Source of the DNA: Candidatus Heimdallarchaeota archaeon
GTDB taxonomy: Archaea; Asgardarchaeota; Heimdallarchaeia; Hodarchaeales; Hodarchaeaceae
Length of the DNA: 64,000 nt
Assembly (NCBI GenBank): GCA_020353515.1
Contig: CP070695.1
Span: 666,843 to 730,842 of the forward strand
Direction of reading: 5' to 3'
Shown here: positions 45,616-55,702 of the stretch, in pieces
Numbering within the stretch: position 1 is the first letter of the stretch
Layout: every line of letters starts with the position of its first letter
The notes under the pieces: generated by a model
What the model was told of the DNA's origin: nothing
Seen by the model: the letters and a program-made list of their open reading frames with translations, nothing else
Databases searched by the model: none
Program-made: the position numbers and the translations under genes

Positions 45616-46875
45616 ATGGACGTACAAGTGAGAAAGGAACAAAATCATTCTCTAAAACCACTTCCCCGTATACCTGCAATAGATTTTGTAAGGGGATTAG
45701 CAATTATTCTAATGGCTCTTGATCATGCTTCTACTTATTGGAATTCAGGCCGATTTTTTGGCGAATTTTGGTTTGCAGGTCGTCCAGAAGTTCTACCAGA
45801 CCTTTTGCAATTTTTAGTTCGTTTTGTATCTCATTGGTGTGCCCCTACATTTGTTTTCTTAGCAGGGACATCGATTGTTTTATTTGAAACAAAACGATTG
45901 GAGCAAGGAAGGACAAACGAAGAAATAACTAAACATCTGATCATTAGAGGTTTATTACTACTCTTGATTGAATGGACTTTAATTGCTTGGTTATTTGGTG
46001 CTGCACCCTTTTATTTCGGTGTTTTAGCAGCGCTAGGAGTAGGACTCATCGTCTTCGCCTTTCTACGGAAAGTTAATACAAAGATAATTCTTGGGTTCTC
46101 ATTGTTCTTGTTGTTGACTCCAATTTTTGCAGATTTCATTTGGAATCCACTTTTCGAGGAACCTGGACAACATCCATTAGGATTCTCTGCACTTTATTTC
46201 AGTTTCATCGTTGATCCTCTTTTTTCAGGTTCCCCAGAGTTCCTGACTTGGATTCAAGCAGTAGTGAAGTGGCCTCAATGGCCCTATGGTTTATATCCCC
46301 TTGAGTCATGGCTAGGCGTTATGGGATTAGGTGTTGTATTTGGTAGGTGGCTGGTGCAAAAACAACAATTACCTGATTCCAATAGGTACGTAGCGAAACG
46401 ACTTTTGCAAACAGGTCTTTTTACTCTTTTAGGATTCTTTATTGTGCGAATTTTTCAGGGATTTCCAACAAGCTACTTTCCAATTTGGGCTAGTGATAGT
46501 GTCTTAATAGAGGATGCATTCGCAATCCAGAATTTTTTCTTTATGTCGAAATATCCTCCTAGTACCGTTTTTCTTCTTTGGACATTAGGTGGAATGTGTC
46601 TAGCTCTTGCCCTAGCATTTTATTATCAAGAGAATGAAATCTTTCAGTCTTGGTCCAAACCGATTACCGTTTTTGGTGCCACAGCACTCTTTTTTTATTG
46701 CGCACACTTGGTTGTATATGGTATTGTACCAAGCATTCTTGGTGTCAAAAATGCTTTTTCGATACAACTTACATTAATTGTGTGGGTTCTTGGTCTGCTT
46801 ATTCTCTATCCCGTTTGTATTGAATTTCGTAAATTGAAGAAAGAATATCCTCAATCAGTCCTCAAATACTTTTGA
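45616..46875 (+). CDS. DUF1624/HGSNAT-like membrane acyltransferase
   Basis: RIPAIDFVRGLAIILMALDH, SHWCAPTFVFLAG, KYPPS; multi-TM. Confidence 0.85.
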   Translation: MDVQVRKEQNHSLKPLPRIPAIDFVRGLAIILMALDHASTYWNSGRFFGEFWFAGRPEVLPDLLQFLVRFVSHWCAPTFVFLAGTSIVLFETKRLEQGRTNEEITKHLIIRGLLLLLIEWTLIAWLFGAAPFYFGVLAALGVGLIVFAFLRKVNTKIILGFSLFLLLTPIFADFIWNPLFEEPGQHPLGFSALYFSFIVDPLFSGSPEFLTWIQAVVKWPQWPYGLYPLESWLGVMGLGVVFGRWLVQKQQLPDSNRYVAKRLLQTGLFTLLGFFIVRIFQGFPTSYFPIWASDSVLIEDAFAIQNFFFMSKYPPSTVFLLWTLGGMCLALALAFYYQENEIFQSWSKPITVFGATALFFYCAHLVVYGIVPSILGVKNAFSIQLTLIVWVLGLLILYPVCIEFRKLKKEYPQSVLKYF

Positions 46876-46883
46876 TAAAGAAA

Positions 46884-47291
46884 TTACGAAGTGTATCTCT
46901 CTCTCTTCTTTTTTTTTCGTTTTAATACAAAATAGCTTATTAAACCAAAGGACAGAGAGATTAAAGGCCAACCAATTAATGATTCAGTTGTAGCTCCTTC
47001 ACCTATTATTATAGATCTCTCGGTGCTAAGGCCATCTTCATTCGTAATAGTAAGAGAAAGTGTTCGCCCCTCATTTTCCTTGGATGAGATATTTACATAA
47101 ACGAGAGTAAAAATCGTTAATCCTTCTTGAGCTTTCGTAGGATCATAATGCGTTATTGAAAGCACATTCTCGAGTTCTTCTCTTTCATCAAACACATCCC
47201 CAGACATCTGGAAAATATCTGGTTCGTTGAGTTGTAAGGGATAACCTATTAAAATGGATAAATTATTATGGTAAAAATAATTATTACCCAA
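46884..47291 (-). CDS. Small C-terminally anchored membrane protein (possibly a fragment)
   Basis: Beta-rich domain + TM + KRKKKK tail; no obvious signal peptide. Confidence 0.45.
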   Translation of the reverse strand: MGNNYFYHNNLSILIGYPLQLNEPDIFQMSGDVFDEREELENVLSITHYDPTKAQEGLTIFTLVYVNISSKENEGRTLSLTITNEDGLSTERSIIIGEGATTESLIGWPLISLSFGLISYFVLKRKKKKRERYTS

Positions 47292-47330
47292 ATATATCTC
47301 ATTAATCTTTCTATTGGTAAAAGTTCCACG

Positions 47331-47741
47331 TTAGAAACCTTGATACCTTTTGGTTTTCCTTTTTAAAATTTTCTGGACTGTTTCAAGACACTTGAATCCT
47401 TGTCGCAAACTAGGAGATGATGTAAATCCTAACTTATTTTTTAAATAAACAAGGAGGATCTCAGAACCCTCAAGGGTCCCTTGAGCTTTGAAGAGCTTCT
47501 GTTGTTTCTGCGTTTGACTCTGGTATCTATGGCTAGAAAGTATTTGCTCTAATTGAATCCAGGCTTTTGAATGCAAAACTAAAATGGAATCTAAAGCATA
47601 TAATAATGGATCTACATTTGTTCTGTTAGCATAATGAAAAATATATTGTTTCAAAAGAGACTGGTGAAAAGTGATTGCTTGGGGGAAATCTCTCCGTAAA
47701 TAGGAACTTACCCCATCTTGATAAAGATTGAGAAGATTCAT
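47331..47741 (-). CDS. Helical TPR-like hypothetical protein
   Basis: LYQDGVSSYLRRDFPQAITFHQSLL resembles a TPR helix pair; ATGA overlap with the upstream gene. Confidence 0.5.
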   Translation of the reverse strand: MNLLNLYQDGVSSYLRRDFPQAITFHQSLLKQYIFHYANRTNVDPLLYALDSILVLHSKAWIQLEQILSSHRYQSQTQKQQKLFKAQGTLEGSEILLVYLKNKLGFTSSPSLRQGFKCLETVQKILKRKTKRYQGF

Positions 47742-48358
47742 TTTGAATCAATTTGCTTAAATTTTTCACTACCAAACTTCTTTTTCAATTCTTGCATTAA
47801 TTCCGTTTTAAGTGAAACAGCACCAAGAGGAGCAGGGGAAGTACGAGTAGAAGGGGCTGTTTCTTTTTCTCTTTGTTTAAATGCGAGAGCAGCAAGATCT
47901 TCTACTTCCATATCATCAGAGATAGTTTCGATGGGTTTTTCTTCTGGGGGGTGAGTGGATTCGGTTATCGGGATTTGTCCTTCTGTTGGAACTTTCGTAG
48001 GAGGGGGTGGTGGAGGTACACCTGTGCTAGTTGGTCTTGGGATTGGTTGTTGTACTCGATGGGGTTCTTTGCTTGGTTTTTTCTCTGTGGTGTGTGAAAG
48101 CTCTGATAATCCTGAAAGTCCTTTAATTGACGCATTTAGAAGAAGATCTTCAAAGTCATTCAGCTTGTGTTCAATAACACCAAATCTTCTCTGACTACTA
48201 GAGATTAAGGCATCAACAACTACTAGAAATGTTGACATGAAATCAGAAAGGATTTCTGTTAAATCTGATATCTTTTCGATCTTTCTATCAGGTTGTTCTT
48301 GAATCATATATTTGAGATGTTCAATCAGAAATTCTAAACTTTCTTCATCAGGGATCAA
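47738..48358 (-). CDS. Polyproline protein with N-terminal coiled coil and C-terminal amphipathic helix
   Basis: VPPPPPPT tract in a low-complexity linker; terminal SLKTELMQELKKKF. Confidence 0.7.
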   Translation of the reverse strand: MIPDEESLEFLIEHLKYMIQEQPDRKIEKISDLTEILSDFMSTFLVVVDALISSSQRRFGVIEHKLNDFEDLLLNASIKGLSGLSELSHTTEKKPSKEPHRVQQPIPRPTSTGVPPPPPPTKVPTEGQIPITESTHPPEEKPIETISDDMEVEDLAALAFKQREKETAPSTRTSPAPLGAVSLKTELMQELKKKFGSEKFKQIDSK

Positions 48359-48381
48359 GATAATAATGCTCCAGAAAGTCT

Positions 48382-49215
48382 CTATTTACGAAGGATTGCT
48401 CGGGGATTTCTCCGAAGAAGTTTTTCCTCATTGGAAAGGTCTGGTTGCCATTCATTCTTTCGCATTTTTTTCGTGCCTTTCTTAATTTTCTTGATAATAT
48501 CTTCATGAAATTTTAGAGAAGATGCAAAGAGAATTAACGCTCGGACAAGAACATTATCAACAAGACGTTCATCTGAGGCTTTGAGGGTAATATCATATCT
48601 ACCACCCACATCAAACTTTTTTCCATCAATCTTTCCAAATTGTATGTCCCCTATTCCATTTACTATGCGATAATCGATACCAAGACCCATCTTATGCTTT
48701 AAAATGATTGGGATAAATCCATCTTCGTCATCATAGCGGAAAACAAACCATTCTGGAACAAACCACCCGCCACGAATTTTATTTAAAGGAATTAAGTACT
48801 CATAATCGGCAATCATTAAGTTAAAACTTGGAAAATCATGTCGTGCAGAGAGTGAACGAGTGAATTCCCGACCAACCATTTCTTCTAGGGTACCCTGATA
48901 ATACATTGATTTAGAAAACAGTTTGATAACTAAACGTCGTTCTAGTTTGTCTTTCTCGTCATCCCATAAACCTTTACGATAACCAACGTACCCAACGGTT
49001 TCATCTTTCCCTTTCTTTTTTTCAATCACTTCTCCAAAAAGCTCAAGGTCTCTGGTGAATTGGCGTGATTTTGCCATGTGTTCTTCCTTTTGTTTAATTC
49101 CCACAATTTCTCCGTGAATTTTGGTTTTCCAAAGGTCTACTGTGATCTTACGTTCTGTTTCAGTGATTGGGATTGCTTCTTCTTGAGGTTCTTCTTTTTC
49201 GGCCATTTTTTTCAC
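48382..49215 (-). CDS. Tubby-C/LURP-one-like beta-barrel protein
   Basis: GIDYRIV...FGKIDGKKFDVGGRYDITL...LVRALILFA (strands then a central hydrophobic helix). Confidence 0.5.
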   Translation of the reverse strand: MKKMAEKEEPQEEAIPITETERKITVDLWKTKIHGEIVGIKQKEEHMAKSRQFTRDLELFGEVIEKKKGKDETVGYVGYRKGLWDDEKDKLERRLVIKLFSKSMYYQGTLEEMVGREFTRSLSARHDFPSFNLMIADYEYLIPLNKIRGGWFVPEWFVFRYDDEDGFIPIILKHKMGLGIDYRIVNGIGDIQFGKIDGKKFDVGGRYDITLKASDERLVDNVLVRALILFASSLKFHEDIIKKIKKGTKKMRKNEWQPDLSNEEKLLRRNPRAILRK

Positions 49216-49457
49216 ATCATAAGCTCATTACTAATTTTTGATGAGTTGTCGTATTATTCTTTTTTAAAGCTATTTTACGAATAGAAATCTAGTGTTACTT
49301 TGTATATGTAAAGTTCTAGATCATCAATTCTTAAAAGAATTGTACGGAATATTGTTAATGAACAATGTAAATAAAATAAAAATTACCGATTCGCAAATTC
49401 TTTAATTAACGGAAGAATAAGATCAATTCATGAAAATATCTGTGAGTTAGATTTGTA

Positions 49458-51716
49458 TTGGATGAACCATTAACCACGGCTGCTGAACCAAGAATTTACC
49501 AACAAGTTATCTTCTCAGAATGTGTAACACACCCAGGGAACACCCTAGTTGTTCTTCCAACTGGTCTGGGTAAAACAGTAATCATGGCCTATTTAGCCGC
49601 ATACTATTTGAAAAAGGATCCAATAAAACAGATACTAATATTAACTCCAACAAGGCCTTTGGTTCATCAGATAAAGGAGATGTTCTTAGAATTTATCGGT
49701 AACCTCTCTCCTGATATGGTTCTCGAAGTATCAGGTGAGGTTCCTCCTTCGAAACGGGAAGAGAGATATCCAAATGCCAAAATCGTGATAGGAACTCCTC
49801 AAACCGTCGAAAATGACCTTACTTATAATCGTTTAGATTTTCAGAAGATAAATTTACTTTGTATTGATGAAGTCCATAGAGCTACTGGTGATTACGCTTA
49901 TGTAGGCATCGCAAAACAAGCAAAATGTCAAATTATTGGATTTACTGCAACGCCTGGGAATAATCCAGAGAAAATTCTAGAGGTGTGCGAAAATCTCAGA
50001 ATCTCGAAAGTATCAGTCACAGACACTAGTGATTTAGATGTAAGTGAATACATTTCCATACATACTCCCAAAGTCATTTGGATCGAGCTCCCCGCAGAAT
50101 ATGAGTTAATCCTCAAGGAATTGAAGAGTTATCAAGACGAATTAGTAAAAACTCTGAAAGAACAAATTCCAGGAACTTTAGATTATAAATATATAGGGAA
50201 AAGAGAAGCCTTAGGAATACATCAACAGGTTGTGAGGCTTACTAAAGAAGACTCCGCTTTTGGAGAGCTTTTAATTCATAGTTCTAATTTAATTCGGGTA
50301 CAACATCTCAAAGAACTCGTAGAGAGCCAAGGATTTCCTCAGACTCTATATAGCATTCAAAAATGGCGACGAAAGGTTTCATCAAAAGCATTAAGGTTGT
50401 TTCTTGAAGATCAAAGAATTCTGCTTTTGGAGAAAGAATTAACTGACAAACCAATAATTCATCCTAAACTAGAACACCTAATTGATGAAATAAGGGATAT
50501 ATTTGGCAAAGAGGCTGCGTTGGACTCACGAATCATAATATTTAGTAATTATCGAGATACAATTAGATTCCTTAATACCGAATTATCTCAACAGGATATT
50601 GAAACAGGGATTTTCATTGGACATTCAAGCTCAGTGGATGATAAGGGATTAACACAAAAACAACAATTGGATGTTATAGAAAAATTCAAACGGGGAGATC
50701 TAAAAATTCTTCTTAGTACCTCAGTTGGTGAGGAGGGGCTAGATGTTGGAAATTGTGACCTTGTTGTGTTTTATGACTCGGTTCCTTCCGTCGTTAGAGC
50801 AATTCAGCGCCGAGGCCGAGGTAGAAAGAAACAATCTCGGGTTATTCACTTGGTTACCAAAGGTACACGCGATGAAGCGATGTATTGGGCAATTAATAGA
50901 AAAAACAAAAAAATGAACAAGTTTTTGAAAAAAGAGCTTCAATCCTTGCTTGACCAGAAAAAAATCCAAAAAAGCCACAGAACTTTGGATAAGTTTTTAG
51001 AAAACGAAGAAAAAAGAGAACAGGTTACGACTGAAATTCCAAAGCCTCAAATCATTATTGATTCCCGTGAAACATCAAGTCGGATCCCAAAATTATTGAA
51101 ACAACATGGAGCTCAATTGCAATCCCAAGAATTAGAAGTTGGAGATTATATTCTTTCAAATCGTTTGATTGTGGAACGAAAAACTTATTCTGATTTCGTA
51201 GGTTCTATAATAGATGGAAGGTTGTTTCAACCCTCATCCCCAGGAAAACATTCCCAATTAGCAAGGTTGGCGCAACAAAAGTTCCCGTTAATATTGATTC
51301 AGTTAGAATCAGATGTAATAGAGCGTCAAATACATATTAACAGCCTAATGGGCGCTATAAGCTCCGTCATCCTTGATTTCCAAATTCCAATAGTATTTAC
51401 TAGGAATGATTCAGAAACAGCTGCACTTATGTACCAATTGGCAAAACGTGAACAAGGAGACACTACAGTGGAAATTTCGTTACCCACTGTTTCAAAAAAG
51501 GAACAAAATGTTAGAGAAATTCAGATGTTTATGCTAGCCACGATTCCTGGGATCAATGCAGCAAAAGCAAAAAATTTACTAGAAAAATTTCAGACTATTC
51601 AAGGCATTGCTTCAGCGAATGTAGAAGAATTACTCGCGGTTCCACAGATTGGAAGGAAACTTGCAACACGAATTCAAACTGTTTTGAACTCTCCAGGGGA
51701 TAGGAATCTCCCATAA
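49458..51716 (+). CDS. hef: Hef helicase/nuclease (FANCM/XPF homologue)
   Basis: LPTGLGKT, DEVH, TATPG, SVGEEGLD, QRRGR; ERCC4 domain GDY..VERKT; HhH2 tail. Confidence 0.95.
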   Translation: MDEPLTTAAEPRIYQQVIFSECVTHPGNTLVVLPTGLGKTVIMAYLAAYYLKKDPIKQILILTPTRPLVHQIKEMFLEFIGNLSPDMVLEVSGEVPPSKREERYPNAKIVIGTPQTVENDLTYNRLDFQKINLLCIDEVHRATGDYAYVGIAKQAKCQIIGFTATPGNNPEKILEVCENLRISKVSVTDTSDLDVSEYISIHTPKVIWIELPAEYELILKELKSYQDELVKTLKEQIPGTLDYKYIGKREALGIHQQVVRLTKEDSAFGELLIHSSNLIRVQHLKELVESQGFPQTLYSIQKWRRKVSSKALRLFLEDQRILLLEKELTDKPIIHPKLEHLIDEIRDIFGKEAALDSRIIIFSNYRDTIRFLNTELSQQDIETGIFIGHSSSVDDKGLTQKQQLDVIEKFKRGDLKILLSTSVGEEGLDVGNCDLVVFYDSVPSVVRAIQRRGRGRKKQSRVIHLVTKGTRDEAMYWAINRKNKKMNKFLKKELQSLLDQKKIQKSHRTLDKFLENEEKREQVTTEIPKPQIIIDSRETSSRIPKLLKQHGAQLQSQELEVGDYILSNRLIVERKTYSDFVGSIIDGRLFQPSSPGKHSQLARLAQQKFPLILIQLESDVIERQIHINSLMGAISSVILDFQIPIVFTRNDSETAALMYQLAKREQGDTTVEISLPTVSKKEQNVREIQMFMLATIPGINAAKAKNLLEKFQTIQGIASANVEELLAVPQIGRKLATRIQTVLNSPGDRNLP

Positions 51717-51743
51717 CTTATCTCAGAATCTTAAGTCTATTTT

Positions 51744-52178
51744 TCAATCATCTTGATCGAGTTTGGAATAAAAAATTTTCAGTGTCTTTTTCATGTGACC
51801 AGCAAAAGCGGTCTGATTTTCTCGAAATTGCTGAATCTCATCTTCCAATGATTTAAGGGAACCTTCAATTGCTTGAATTCGACTTTTTAGATTTTCGTTT
51901 GATTGGGAACTCTCGATTTCGGTTATTCGTGTTTCGATACGAGTCAGCAGTTTCCCTAATCTTTCTAAATCCTGTTCAAACCCTGTTAAGAGGTACTTTA
52001 AACCTCTTGATGTGACTAACTTTCCCCAAGGAGTATCTACAACCAGTTCCTCGTCATCCACGAATGGTACCCCATTATCTAAGGTTGAATAGTCAGGTAT
52101 TATTGGTTTTTTATAAAAACCACCAATATTTAAATTTATGTAATCCGTTGATCTCTTATTAATACAAAGAATTAGCAA
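51744..52178 (-). CDS. Coiled-coil hypothetical protein
   Basis: TPWG motif followed by a long heptad region; true start may be downstream. Confidence 0.6.
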   Translation of the reverse strand: MLILCINKRSTDYINLNIGGFYKKPIIPDYSTLDNGVPFVDDEELVVDTPWGKLVTSRGLKYLLTGFEQDLERLGKLLTRIETRITEIESSQSNENLKSRIQAIEGSLKSLEDEIQQFRENQTAFAGHMKKTLKIFYSKLDQDD

Positions 52179-52236
52179 AGGTTTTTGAAGTTCTAATTAG
52201 TGGAGTTCTTTCACGAAAGCAAAGGCGAGAAAAACA

Positions 52237-52479
52237 ATGTCATCAAAGAGTGATCTAGTGTCTCTCAATTGCGAACCTTGCTCAATTTGTAAGCGAGCAA
52301 TCCCCTTAAAAATGAATAAGAACGATTATAAGCCCTCCATCTCTGGAGTGTGTCAAGTGGTTGACATACATGGTCTATCTGATTGTGACCCAGAGCATGT
52401 ACGCATTCTTTATGTTGATGAACGATTTTCTGTACGAAGTATTTCTGTCATTACTACAATCGCTGATGAAAAACGCTAA
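52237..52479 (+). CDS. Small putative metal-binding protein (CxxC...H...H)
   Basis: CSIC...DIHG....EHVRILYVDERFSVR. Confidence 0.6.
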   Translation: MSSKSDLVSLNCEPCSICKRAIPLKMNKNDYKPSISGVCQVVDIHGLSDCDPEHVRILYVDERFSVRSISVITTIADEKR

Positions 52480-52513
52480 TCTAGGATAGATTGGTTTTAC
52501 TTGGGTTGGGAGA

Positions 52514-53671
52514 TTACTTCTGTGTAAGTAATGCTGTTTGATTGCCTCCTGTAATTGCTTTAAACCCTTCCTTGAACCAAAAAAAGAAAGGAAGGGTGAT
52601 GAACAGTTCTGTTGCATAGAATGGAAGGATGATCATAGAGAGGAACGAAAAATGAATAATTTGGGCATAAGTGGATTGTTTCCAAACAATTATAAGAGCT
52701 AGAATAACAATGGCTCCCAGAATTAAGAGATAAAAAGATGTCAAGTTCAAAATTTTGAGAATTTCTATTAATAACGGGCCTACGGATTGAGCTACCTCCT
52801 CTCTGTATTGAGGATCACCTTGATATAGAAAAACGGATTTGATTACATCAAAAATGCCAAATGGCAAACAAATTAAGGTCAAGATTAAACTAGAAACCAC
52901 AAATGGAGCCAATTCATGTCCAATTACCCTCCAATTTGTGAATTGATTTTCATTAATTAGTTTCCTCAGAGATTGGATGAAATAAAAGAATATAATGAAG
53001 CCAACCATATATTTGACTGACGCAGCGAGGACGTAGAACGTCATACCAATGATGGGTTGTTCCTTCTTCTCAAAAAAATAGTAACCTATGAGGAAAAAGA
53101 ACCACATTAACATTGAATTAGTGAATAAGAAGGGAGTGATTAAGAGAGCAGAAAAAGGAATCAATCGATGATGCGGCCATGGAACGAGCTGAGTGATTAT
53201 CCAATATCCTGGAATTATTAGGATAAGGTGTAGGGGGACAAACCAATAAGTGTAAAGGTAAGGTGAAAAAATACTTCCAAAAAAATAATAAAATAGACTA
53301 TAAGTGAGTAAATCAGGGGGAAAATAATGATAACGACCAGGGATAGTTTCAGAATTCACATGGTGTTCTACAACGTCTTTTTGATAGGGATTATCACCCC
53401 TTAAAAAAGCCTGTACGGCTGAAGTGATTGCATCATCGACATCGGTGTTCCAAATGGCATATGAAAATAAAAAATAGAGAAAAATCACGATTAAGGATCC
53501 TGTGATAATGTAAAACCAGATTTCATTCTGAAGATACTTCCTAAAGAGGCGTTTGAGTCCTTGATTCTCCTCTTCGCGGTGGTACATAAACCAGAGGATC
53601 CATAAGGAAATGAATATGAGATTGTAAAGGAAGGGCCCTAAATAGATAAACACAAGTTCTGAAATATCCAT
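52514..53671 (-). CDS. GT-C-fold membrane glycosyltransferase-like protein
   Basis: Multi-TM; first loop TDVDD...GDNPY...YHYFP; ASVK motif (GT87-like). Confidence 0.6.
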   Translation of the reverse strand: MDISELVFIYLGPFLYNLIFISLWILWFMYHREEENQGLKRLFRKYLQNEIWFYIITGSLIVIFLYFLFSYAIWNTDVDDAITSAVQAFLRGDNPYQKDVVEHHVNSETIPGRYHYFPPDLLTYSLFYYFFGSIFSPYLYTYWFVPLHLILIIPGYWIITQLVPWPHHRLIPFSALLITPFLFTNSMLMWFFFLIGYYFFEKKEQPIIGMTFYVLAASVKYMVGFIIFFYFIQSLRKLINENQFTNWRVIGHELAPFVVSSLILTLICLPFGIFDVIKSVFLYQGDPQYREEVAQSVGPLLIEILKILNLTSFYLLILGAIVILALIIVWKQSTYAQIIHFSFLSMIILPFYATELFITLPFFFWFKEGFKAITGGNQTALLTQK

Positions 53672-53694
53672 TAAAAACCATCTTAGACTAAAGA

Positions 53695-54927
53695 TTGCTA
53701 TTTAATATTTTCTTAGAAAAGAATATAAGAACTCCTCGCCTCAAGCCTAAGATTGAGGTCAAATTTGTGGAAAAAACGTCAAAATTTGGTGTTAAGAGCA
53801 CAGAGATCTCGTTACGTAAGGCTTTTGATAGAAAAACTCTTATTCTTCTAGGAATTGCTGCTATAGCATTACTTGTCTATCTATATCTAGGAGGAGTGAG
53901 TATTATCACCATGATTGGGATTATGTTATCAGCTAATCCTCTTATTCTTTTTTTGGGAACTATTTTCACCTTTATTGCTATTTTAATTGATACTCTTGCA
54001 TGGAAAGTTCTTTTAGGGATCGCTTCAATCCATCCATCTACATCCTCTATCTATCGAATCCAACTTGCTTCATTTTCCTATGGGCTATTAATCCCCAGTG
54101 CTGGAGCCGTTGAAATGATCATGCGTATTGCATTAGGAACTCAAGAGTTCAATAACGAGTTGGAAAACCGGAAAGCTTCAAGTGGTGAAATTTTATCTAG
54201 TGTTATTGCGCATAAACTCTGTGGATTGTTAGCCTTCATTCCTATATCAGTTTTTGTTGCGTTTGCTATCTTAGCATATTTCAATGAAATCATTGAAAAT
54301 ATTACAGGCCAATCAATATCAGAAGAGATAGCAATAATTTTTGCAATAAGCATCTCTTTACTCTCATTAACCGTTGTTATTTTTTTCATTTTGATCGCAA
54401 AATCTCCTAAAGCGGCAAAAACAGTTACTAAATATATTTTAAAGGTATTTATGCCTGTCCCTCTTATTGGAACAATGGCAAAAAATGCTGTAGACCCATC
54501 TGAAAAAATTATTGATGATTTCAGCACACAATTCGCTTATCTTGCTGAAAAAAAGCTTTCTTCACTGGTGGCACTTGTTTTAGCCTTTTTTTCCCAAATT
54601 GCGCATTGGATGTCCATTTATTTCATTCTTATATCCTTATCTGGTATAACAATAACTCTTGATCAAGTTGCAGCTGTCAATTTTCTTGGTGGCACTATTG
54701 ATTTTCTTCCTGTAGGAATCCCTGGAATGGCTGGACTAAAAGAAATCACTCTTTCAGTTTTCTTAGATATAGGCCTAGGATTGGGTTCTACATTGGCTGC
54801 ATCTGGAGCTATCCTAGTACAATTGATGAAGTTCTATTTTATTATTGTTGTTGGTGTATTGGTTTATATTGCAGGTAAAACTAAGGTTGCTTCTCATGAA
54901 TTAGATGAAAAATCCTTTTCTGACTAA
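53695..54927 (+). CDS. Lysylphosphatidylglycerol-synthase TM / UPF0104 flippase-like protein
   Basis: Multi-TM; W..LL, LIPSAG..E, LPVGIPGMAGLKE; true start probably near 53768. Confidence 0.8.
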   Translation: MLFNIFLEKNIRTPRLKPKIEVKFVEKTSKFGVKSTEISLRKAFDRKTLILLGIAAIALLVYLYLGGVSIITMIGIMLSANPLILFLGTIFTFIAILIDTLAWKVLLGIASIHPSTSSIYRIQLASFSYGLLIPSAGAVEMIMRIALGTQEFNNELENRKASSGEILSSVIAHKLCGLLAFIPISVFVAFAILAYFNEIIENITGQSISEEIAIIFAISISLLSLTVVIFFILIAKSPKAAKTVTKYILKVFMPVPLIGTMAKNAVDPSEKIIDDFSTQFAYLAEKKLSSLVALVLAFFSQIAHWMSIYFILISLSGITITLDQVAAVNFLGGTIDFLPVGIPGMAGLKEITLSVFLDIGLGLGSTLAASGAILVQLMKFYFIIVVGVLVYIAGKTKVASHELDEKSFSD

Positions 54928-54948
54928 TAACATGGAAAGAACTAATTG

Positions 54949-55551
54949 TCATTCAAGTCTATCAAATACATAGATACCTGCAGTAATGAGTCCTTTTCTA
55001 TGAAAAATGGAAGCACCAAGAATAGGATAATTAATTGTGATGAATTTACATGAATAAATCCGTCTTTTAAATTTACAGATTTCAAATGGGTAAAATTCGT
55101 AATAATGGCCTTGAAAAATGAAATTATTGACTCCGTGTAACATTCTGCGAAGAAAATTAAAAATTGGGCGAATGGAACGATTTTTAGTGGTTGGTACAAT
55201 AATAATTACTCGCTCGCTAGCCACTCTTAACATATCTTTGATGACGGATGAATAATCTTTAATGTGTTCAATAACGTCAAAAGACACCACAAATTCAATC
55301 GATTGATCTGCAAAAGGAATTTTCATCGCACTAGCTTGGATAACGTTCTCTTGTTGTCCAGGATTGAGATCAATTCCTAATACATTTCTATATCTACGTT
55401 TCAACCGATTATGACAATAGAGATGGCCTCCAACATTTATATCTCCACAACCAACATCTAAGACTCTTTTAGCGCCCTTAGGAATAAGCTGTTCAACGAT
55501 ATCCATCTTGTTCATACAATATTGGCGATAAATGCTAGGAATCAAACTCAC
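54949..55551 (-). CDS. Class I SAM-dependent methyltransferase
   Basis: VLDVGCG, GIDL, IPFADQS, DVIEHI. Confidence 0.88.
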   Translation of the reverse strand: MSLIPSIYRQYCMNKMDIVEQLIPKGAKRVLDVGCGDINVGGHLYCHNRLKRRYRNVLGIDLNPGQQENVIQASAMKIPFADQSIEFVVSFDVIEHIKDYSSVIKDMLRVASERVIIIVPTTKNRSIRPIFNFLRRMLHGVNNFIFQGHYYEFYPFEICKFKRRIYSCKFITINYPILGASIFHRKGLITAGIYVFDRLE

Positions 55552-55702
55552 CAGTAATTAATTCAAGGTAAGCTTGGAGTAAATAGGGTAGGTTTAATAA
55601 TTATTGGATTATATTCTCTAAAAGAAGTTTATTCGAAATTATACTAAACCTTTGAAGAGATGATATAGTTCCTTTTTACTTCTTTAATACAAATTTCTGA
55701 AA

